Translations under genes and position numbers: made by a program
The notes under the pieces: generated by a model
The model's database searches: none
What the model saw: the letters and a program-made list of their open reading frames with translations, nothing else
What the model was told of the DNA's origin: nothing
NCBI GenBank assembly: GCA_016840165.1
Contig: JAEOSU010000072.1
Coordinates: 32,001-96,000 of the forward strand
Direction of reading: 5' to 3'
Length of the DNA stretch: 64,000 nt
DNA from: Promethearchaeota archaeon
GTDB taxonomy: Archaea > Asgardarchaeota > Lokiarchaeia > Sigyniarchaeales > SOKP01
In this document: positions 58,526 to 64,000 of the stretch, in pieces
Numbering within the stretch: the stretch's first letter is position 1
How the letters are laid out: every line of letters begins with the position of its first letter

Positions 58526-59281
58526 CTATAATCTATTTACTTTTTTAATCACCGTTGTTAGGAGAGCTATGACGTTATTAACATTTTTACCAAATATTTC
58601 CAAAATTTCTGCCCAAGTTACAGGAGCCTCATCATCTTTCCAACAATCATAATCCGTTGACATCGCTACCGCAGCATAAGGAATTCCCGCTTCATTAGCC
58701 AAAATCGTTTCGGGGGCTATACTCATATTTATTACGTCAGCACCCCAAATTCGAAACATCTCTGACTCCGCTCTCGTTGAAAAACGAGGGCCTTCTATAG
58801 TAACTACTGTTCCTCTTTCATGAAACTTAAGATTTAACTCTTTTGCACTCTCAATTAATAGAGATCGTAAATCTTCTGAATACGGATATGCCATTGCTGT
58901 ATGCTTTGCATCATTAGGGGGAAATTCTTCAAAAAAACTTACTTTTCTCAACCGTGTAAAATCTATAAATTGGTCAAGGATTACTAAATCTCCTCGTCCG
59001 ATTTCTTCTCTAAGACTCCCACAAGCAGTGGTTGCTAATATAAGTGTACATCCTTCATTTTTTAATGCTTGTATATTAGCTCGATAATTAACTTGCGTAG
59101 GAGGTATTGTATGCTCTCTACCATGTCTCGCTAAAAGCACAACATCAATATCATGAATCTTTCCTAATTTAAGGGAAGAAGTCGGCTTACCAAATGCGGT
59201 GGTAACTTCTTTTTCACTTGGATTCTTTAATATATCTGGATTATCTAAACCTGAACCACCAATAATTCCTATTTTAACCAT
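58526..59281 (-). CDS. mtnP: 5'-methylthioadenosine phosphorylase
   Basis: IGIIGGSG, ARHG..H.IPP..VNYRAN, EGPRFSTRAE, TDYD. ATG at 59281. Confidence 0.93.
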   Translation of the reverse strand: MVKIGIIGGSGLDNPDILKNPSEKEVTTAFGKPTSSLKLGKIHDIDVVLLARHGREHTIPPTQVNYRANIQALKNEGCTLILATTACGSLREEIGRGDLVILDQFIDFTRLRKVSFFEEFPPNDAKHTAMAYPYSEDLRSLLIESAKELNLKFHERGTVVTIEGPRFSTRAESEMFRIWGADVINMSIAPETILANEAGIPYAAVAMSTDYDCWKDDEAPVTWAEILEIFGKNVNNVIALLTTVIKKVNRL

Positions 59282-59394
59282 TTGAATCACATATCAAAAT
59301 TTTAAAACTAAAAATTTTATAATATTTAAAATTACTCACGTTTTATTTTATTTTGTTTTAATGAATATAGAAAAAAAAAGGATTAGGAAAAATA

Positions 59395-60252
59395 ATGCAT
59401 CAGAAAACTGAAATTGCAATTATTGGGGGCACAGGTTCTCAGATTTCCCTTGAAAACCCAAAAGTAGAGAAAATATTTACACCTTTTGGAAATACTTCAT
59501 CAAGGATAATCATTGGTAATCTTAAAGGAAAAAGTGTCGCTTACATATCTCGTCATGGAATAGGACATGTTATTCCTCCACATAGGATTAATTACCGAGC
59601 AAATATATGGGCTCTAAAAGAATTAGGGGCAAAATTTATCATTTCAGCATCAGCGGTAGGCTCACTAAAAAAGGAACATCATAAAAAGAAGTTCATTATG
59701 GTTGATCAATATGTCGATCGTACTAAAAAGCGTAAAGACACATTTTATGAAGGAGGAGAATTGTGTCACATTGGTCAAGCTGAACCATACTGTTCATATC
59801 TGAATGATTTGTTTTACAATACAGGGAAAGAAATTGATAATATGATTATTCAAAATGGTGGTACCTATGTATGCATCGAAGGTCCTCGTTTTTCAACACG
59901 AGCAGAATCCAAAATTTATCGCCAATGGGGTGGTGATGTTATTGGGATGACAGCATATCCAGAAGTAGCATTATGTGCAGAAAAAGAATTATGTCATTGC
60001 TGTATTGCTATGGTGACTGATTTAGATGTTTGGGCAGGAAAATGTCCGAATTGTGGAATAGTAGAAATTGCTGAATCGTGTTCTAAATGTGGAGCAAGAG
60101 TCGAAAAATTAGATGTTAATGTAGACGAGGTATTGGAAACACAACAAGAAAATATTGCACATTTAAAAGCCATCTTAGAAAAAGCCATTCCAAAGATTAA
60201 TACTGAAAGAGATTGCTATTGTAGACATCGACTGGAAGGATCGATATTATGA
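59395..60252 (+). CDS. MTAP-family nucleoside phosphorylase paralog with Zn-ribbon insertion
   Basis: IIGGTG, RHG..H.IPPH.INYRAN, EGPRFSTRAE, TDLD, insert CPNC...CSKC. Confidence 0.9.
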   Translation: MHQKTEIAIIGGTGSQISLENPKVEKIFTPFGNTSSRIIIGNLKGKSVAYISRHGIGHVIPPHRINYRANIWALKELGAKFIISASAVGSLKKEHHKKKFIMVDQYVDRTKKRKDTFYEGGELCHIGQAEPYCSYLNDLFYNTGKEIDNMIIQNGGTYVCIEGPRFSTRAESKIYRQWGGDVIGMTAYPEVALCAEKELCHCCIAMVTDLDVWAGKCPNCGIVEIAESCSKCGARVEKLDVNVDEVLETQQENIAHLKAILEKAIPKINTERDCYCRHRLEGSIL

Positions 60253-60293
60253 TCCCATTATTCTTCTGGAAAAATATACAAGCAATTAATTGT

Positions 60294-61733
60294 CTAATCA
60301 TGTAAAATGGGATTCCTTGCAGCGGTAACAGCATCTAAACGTCTTACTGGAGTATCGTGTGGTGCATTTTTTAATAATTCTGGTTTGGAAACAGCTTCCT
60401 CATAGATATTAAATAGTATGTCAATATAGGCATCTAAAGACTGTTTTGACTCGGTTTCTGTTGGTTCAAACATCATTGCTCCATTCACTATAAGTGGAAA
60501 GTAAATGGTAGGTGAATAGGCCCCATAATCAAGAATTCTTTTAGCTACATCTTCTGTAGTGATTTCATTAGGAAGATTTTTGTCAGAGAGGACAAATTCA
60601 TGCTGACATATCCTATTGTAGGGGAGATGATATTTCTCTTGTAGTCTCGTTCGTAAATAATTTGCATTTAATACAGCAAATTGACCTACCCGTTTCAGCC
60701 CCTCAGCTCCTAAGGATAAAACATATGCATAGGCTTTTACTATTACTCCAAAGCTCCCCCAAAAAGCCCGTATTTTACCAATGGAGGCCCCAGTATTCTC
60801 ACGACAGACTATTCCCTTATCTTTAGTGATTATGCATGGTTCTGGAAGATGAGGAATCAATCTCTTCACTACACCAACAGGTCCCGAACCAGGACCCCCT
60901 CCACCGTGAGGCGTGGAAAATGTTTTGTGAAGATTCAGGTGAACAATATCAAAACCCATATCTTTGGGCCTACATATCCCAAGCATAGGATTTAAATTTG
61001 CTCCATCATAATAGCATAGTCCTCCTTTATCATGGACGATTCTTGTGATTTCTTTGATATTTCTGTCAAATACTCCCAAAGTATTTGGATTTGTGAGCAT
61101 TATACCAGCTACAAATTCATCTTGCATAGCATATTCCAATTGATCAAGTGGTACCTCACCAAATTCATTTGAAGTTAATTCAATGATCGAGAAACCCGCC
61201 ATTTTCGCAGATGCAGGGTTAGTACCATGAGCAGAATCAGGGACTATGATTTTATTCTTCACAATATTATTTTCTTCGAAATATTTTTTCATTATAAGTA
61301 ATCCAGTTAATTCTCCATGCGCACCTGCAGCAGGTTGAAGGGTAAAACCTTCCATACCAGTAATCTCTGACAAGCAATTTGACATTTCAGAGATGATTTC
61401 TAATGCCCCTTGATTTCTTTCTTGTAGAGGATGCAGTTGGGAAAAATGGGGTAGTCGTGATATTACTTCATTGATTTTAGGGTTATATTTCATAGTACAA
61501 GAACCTAAAGGATAAATGCCGGTATCCACACTGTAATTTTTTTTACTCAATCCAATATAGTGACGTACAATTTCTATTTCGGGAATATTTGGAAGATTTA
61601 AACTCTCTCTTTGGTATTTTTTAGGCAGTATCACATCAAGATCTTCAAGCTCTTCAATATCTAATAGGGGAACAAAATTATTGTGTTCACGATTATTTTG
61701 TTTAGTAAATATTAGGGTAGAATCGCGATTCAT
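60294..61733 (-). CDS. gcvPB: Glycine dehydrogenase (decarboxylating) subunit 2
   Basis: PLGSCTMKYNP, QPAAGAHGE, HGTNPASA, LNLHKTFSTPHGGGGPG. Confidence 0.97.
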   Translation of the reverse strand: MNRDSTLIFTKQNNREHNNFVPLLDIEELEDLDVILPKKYQRESLNLPNIPEIEIVRHYIGLSKKNYSVDTGIYPLGSCTMKYNPKINEVISRLPHFSQLHPLQERNQGALEIISEMSNCLSEITGMEGFTLQPAAGAHGELTGLLIMKKYFEENNIVKNKIIVPDSAHGTNPASAKMAGFSIIELTSNEFGEVPLDQLEYAMQDEFVAGIMLTNPNTLGVFDRNIKEITRIVHDKGGLCYYDGANLNPMLGICRPKDMGFDIVHLNLHKTFSTPHGGGGPGSGPVGVVKRLIPHLPEPCIITKDKGIVCRENTGASIGKIRAFWGSFGVIVKAYAYVLSLGAEGLKRVGQFAVLNANYLRTRLQEKYHLPYNRICQHEFVLSDKNLPNEITTEDVAKRILDYGAYSPTIYFPLIVNGAMMFEPTETESKQSLDAYIDILFNIYEEAVSKPELLKNAPHDTPVRRLDAVTAARNPILHD

Positions 61734-61735
61734 CC

Positions 61736-63082
61736 TTAATCTTCCTCCATATTTGAAGATGCCAATTGTGCGGCTTGAATAAATAGATCAATGGATTCAC
61801 GAGAGTTCATCTCTGTTATACATACTAAAGCAACATCTTTCATATGAGCAAAATATTTCGAAAGTTTCAAAGGAGCCAACAGATTCATTTCTTCACATTT
61901 ATTAATGAATCTATCAATATCTGGGCATTCTACTAAGAACTCATTATAGGTAGGTTTTGTATTTAATATTTTATAGCCTGAGATATTTGATATTTTGTTT
62001 TTTACATAATGAGTTTTTTGAATATTTTGGAGAGCAATATCTTTTAATCCAGTTCGCCCCATACATAATAGATATATCAAGGCTGAGAGAGAACATAAAG
62101 CTTGATTAGTACATATATTTGAACTCGCTTTTTCCCGACGTATATGTTGTTCTCTGGCTTGTAATGTGAGAATAAAACCTTCTTTATCACCATTAATTTC
62201 TTTAGTCTTTCCTACTAGTCTACCTGGTATCTTTCGTAAGAATTCCTTTTTAGTGGTAAAAATTCCTAATCCTGGACCACCAAAGGAGGGGGAAATCCCG
62301 AAAGATTGCCCTTCAGCGACAAATATATCTATGCCGAGTTCACCTGGTGGACGTAAAACACCCAAACATGTTGGATCCGTCATTACATGAATAATTAAAC
62401 ATTTAGGAAATTTACTTTTTACATTTTTAACGATGGTCTCTAAATCTTCAATTTCACCAAAAAAATTTGGACTTTGAATTAATATCGCAGCAAATTCATC
62501 ATTTAATTTTGCTTCCAATGACTTCAACGGAATGATCTCGGAAATAATTTCTTGACCCCAACAGTAAGTTTTTACCACCTCTATATATTCAGGATGAATT
62601 CCTTCGATCATTAAGATCTTATTTTTTCGTGTGATAAGGGTAGCCATAAGCGCTGCTTCAGCAAGAGCAGTAGATCCATCATACATACTTGCATTTGCCA
62701 CATCCATCATTGTTAGGTGCGTGATAATTGTTTGATATTCATAAATTGCTTGTAAAAATCCTTGACTTGCTTCAGCTTGGTAAGGAGTATATGATGTATA
62801 GAATTCAGATCGATTTATGATGAAGTCTACCAACGAGGGAATATAATGATAATAACAACCCGCGCCTAAAAAGAAACCGTTGTAAATCTTACTTTTTATC
62901 GAAATCTCCCGTAACTTGTTAATAAGATCAGCTTCCGAGAGACCAGGACTTAATTTTAGTTTTTGTAAGATAAGATCTTTAGGAATATCTTGAAAAAGAT
63001 CTTCAATTGTTTTAAATCCAATTATTTCTAACATTTGGTATATAGTTTTTTGATCATGTGGAACAAAATCCAATTTACCCAC
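61736..63082 (-). CDS. gcvPA: Glycine dehydrogenase (decarboxylating) subunit 1
   Basis: YTPYQAEASQG, NASMYDG, LQAREQHIRREKASSNICTNQAL. Confidence 0.97.
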   Translation of the reverse strand: MGKLDFVPHDQKTIYQMLEIIGFKTIEDLFQDIPKDLILQKLKLSPGLSEADLINKLREISIKSKIYNGFFLGAGCYYHYIPSLVDFIINRSEFYTSYTPYQAEASQGFLQAIYEYQTIITHLTMMDVANASMYDGSTALAEAALMATLITRKNKILMIEGIHPEYIEVVKTYCWGQEIISEIIPLKSLEAKLNDEFAAILIQSPNFFGEIEDLETIVKNVKSKFPKCLIIHVMTDPTCLGVLRPPGELGIDIFVAEGQSFGISPSFGGPGLGIFTTKKEFLRKIPGRLVGKTKEINGDKEGFILTLQAREQHIRREKASSNICTNQALCSLSALIYLLCMGRTGLKDIALQNIQKTHYVKNKISNISGYKILNTKPTYNEFLVECPDIDRFINKCEEMNLLAPLKLSKYFAHMKDVALVCITEMNSRESIDLFIQAAQLASSNMEED

Positions 63083-63123
63083 CTTTGATAATTAAAGAAA
63101 AATAATTAATTGGTTTTATTAAA

Positions 63124-63540
63124 CTATGTATCTTCGCTCTCGACTATCTTTTTGTACTCCTCAACGGAAAGAAGTTCGTTTATCTCATCTGGATGGGAAA
63201 TTTTTATCTTCATGAGCCAACCATCTTTAAATGGAGAAGAATTAACGAGTTCGGGATTTTCTACAATGTTTTCATTAAGTTCTATTATTTCCCCTGACAA
63301 TGGCATGATAATCTCTCCTACTGCCTTTACTGACTCGATTTCCCCTGCGTTACTTTCCCGTTCAAAAACCATTCCTTTATCCGGCATTTCAACATATACA
63401 ATATCGCCCAGCTGGTGTTGCGCATAATCTGTAATACCAACTTTCGCGATTTGTTCTTCTAATAAAACCCATTCATGAGTTGCTGTATACTTTAACCCTT
63501 CTGGAAATTTGTACTCCATATCTTGCACTTCTCTTATCAT
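63124..63540 (-). CDS. gcvH: Glycine cleavage system H protein
   Basis: HEWV, GITDYAQ..LGDIVYV, lipoyl-Lys motif ESVKA. Start may be ATG at 63519. Confidence 0.97.
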   Translation of the reverse strand: MIREVQDMEYKFPEGLKYTATHEWVLLEEQIAKVGITDYAQHQLGDIVYVEMPDKGMVFERESNAGEIESVKAVGEIIMPLSGEIIELNENIVENPELVNSSPFKDGWLMKIKISHPDEINELLSVEEYKKIVESEDT

Positions 63541-63546
63541 TTTTTG

Positions 63547-64000
63547 TTATAAATTTCTATAAAAAGGAATTTCAACAATTAATCCTTTAACTAATTTCTT
63601 CCTTATTTCAATCTCGATTTCAGTTTCAATCTCACTATACTGTTTTTTAACTAATCCTAACCCAATCGTTTTCTTCAGAGTGGGAGAGTATCCCCCAGAG
63701 GTGACGTATCCAATTTGTTTGCCTTCATAAAAAATGTTGTAATTTTCTCTAATTATACCCCTTTCTAATAAATTCAATCCAACTAATATCCTATCAGTCC
63801 CTTCAGATTTTTGTTTCATCAATACTTGTTTTCCAATATAATCAATTCCCTCTTTTGGTTTAACTAACCAAAAAAGACCAGCTTCAACAGGAGTAATTTG
63901 ATCGTTAATTTCATGACCGTAAAGTGAATAGCACGCCTCTAATCTTAATGAATCTCTTGCTCCTAACCCTGCGGGTGAGGCTCCTGTATCATATAAGTGA
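63547..64000 (-). CDS. gcvT: Glycine cleavage aminomethyltransferase T (partial; 5' part outside the window)
   Basis: The frame stays open to the window edge: ...GLGARDSLRLEACYSLYGHE...TPVEAGL...GYVTSGGYSPTL. Confidence 0.95.
   Translation of the reverse strand, partial: HLYDTGASPAGLGARDSLRLEACYSLYGHEINDQITPVEAGLFWLVKPKEGIDYIGKQVLMKQKSEGTDRILVGLNLLERGIIRENYNIFYEGKQIGYVTSGGYSPTLKKTIGLGLVKKQYSEIETEIEIEIRKKLVKGLIVEIPFYRNL

Noticed and set aside
903-63427. Many short or antisense ORFs in the track (e.g. 5130-5837, 20182-20535, 29240-29593, 43920-44642, 63110-63427)
   Set aside because: They lie within well-supported genes in other frames and show no motifs, so they are shadow ORFs.
1-64000. tRNA, rRNA, CRISPR arrays, transposases, integrases, inteins
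   Set aside because: No GC-rich structured intergenic segments, regularly spaced repeats or mobile-element ORFs were seen by eye. A tRNAscan/Infernal run would be needed to exclude small RNAs.

Overview
AT-rich, gene-dense chromosomal segment of an Asgard archaeon, most likely Lokiarchaeia. This is inferred from the split RNAP A'/A'' subunits, an archaeal histone, three Rab-like small GTPases, a Roadblock protein, an Snf7/ESCRT-III protein, a presenilin-like protease, Mch and a Loki-CTERM-type sorting tail. About 58 CDS are present. Housekeeping genes include rpoA1-rpoA2, the pus10-L21e-rpoF-DUF655-ksgA-hemK operon, L35Ae, XPD, RecJ/GAN, a beta-CASP nuclease and NurA. Metabolic genes include the glycine cleavage system, two MTAPs, methylmalonyl-CoA mutase, thiolase/DUF35, GH57, GH127, GT4/GT5, QueC/QueD and DHQ synthase II, plus many peptidases. 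I saw no rRNA, tRNA, CRISPR array or transposase. The main unexplained signal is a dispersed, non-canonical ESCRT-type toolkit: a stand-alone ESCRT-III facing a 714-aa Zn-finger/PH-like/low-complexity/steadiness-box-like protein, a UEV-like-JAMM fusion, and a Roadblock protein whose tail shares the ESCRT-III's PxVPLDD (MIM2-like) motif. Other oddities are an SDR-QueC fusion, a thiolase lacking its catalytic Cys, a nucleotide kinase with a PIP box, a C-terminal extension on RNAP A', a truncated peptidase duplicate missed by the ORF track, and several palindromic operator candidates. All assignments come from motif recognition by eye; no database search was run.
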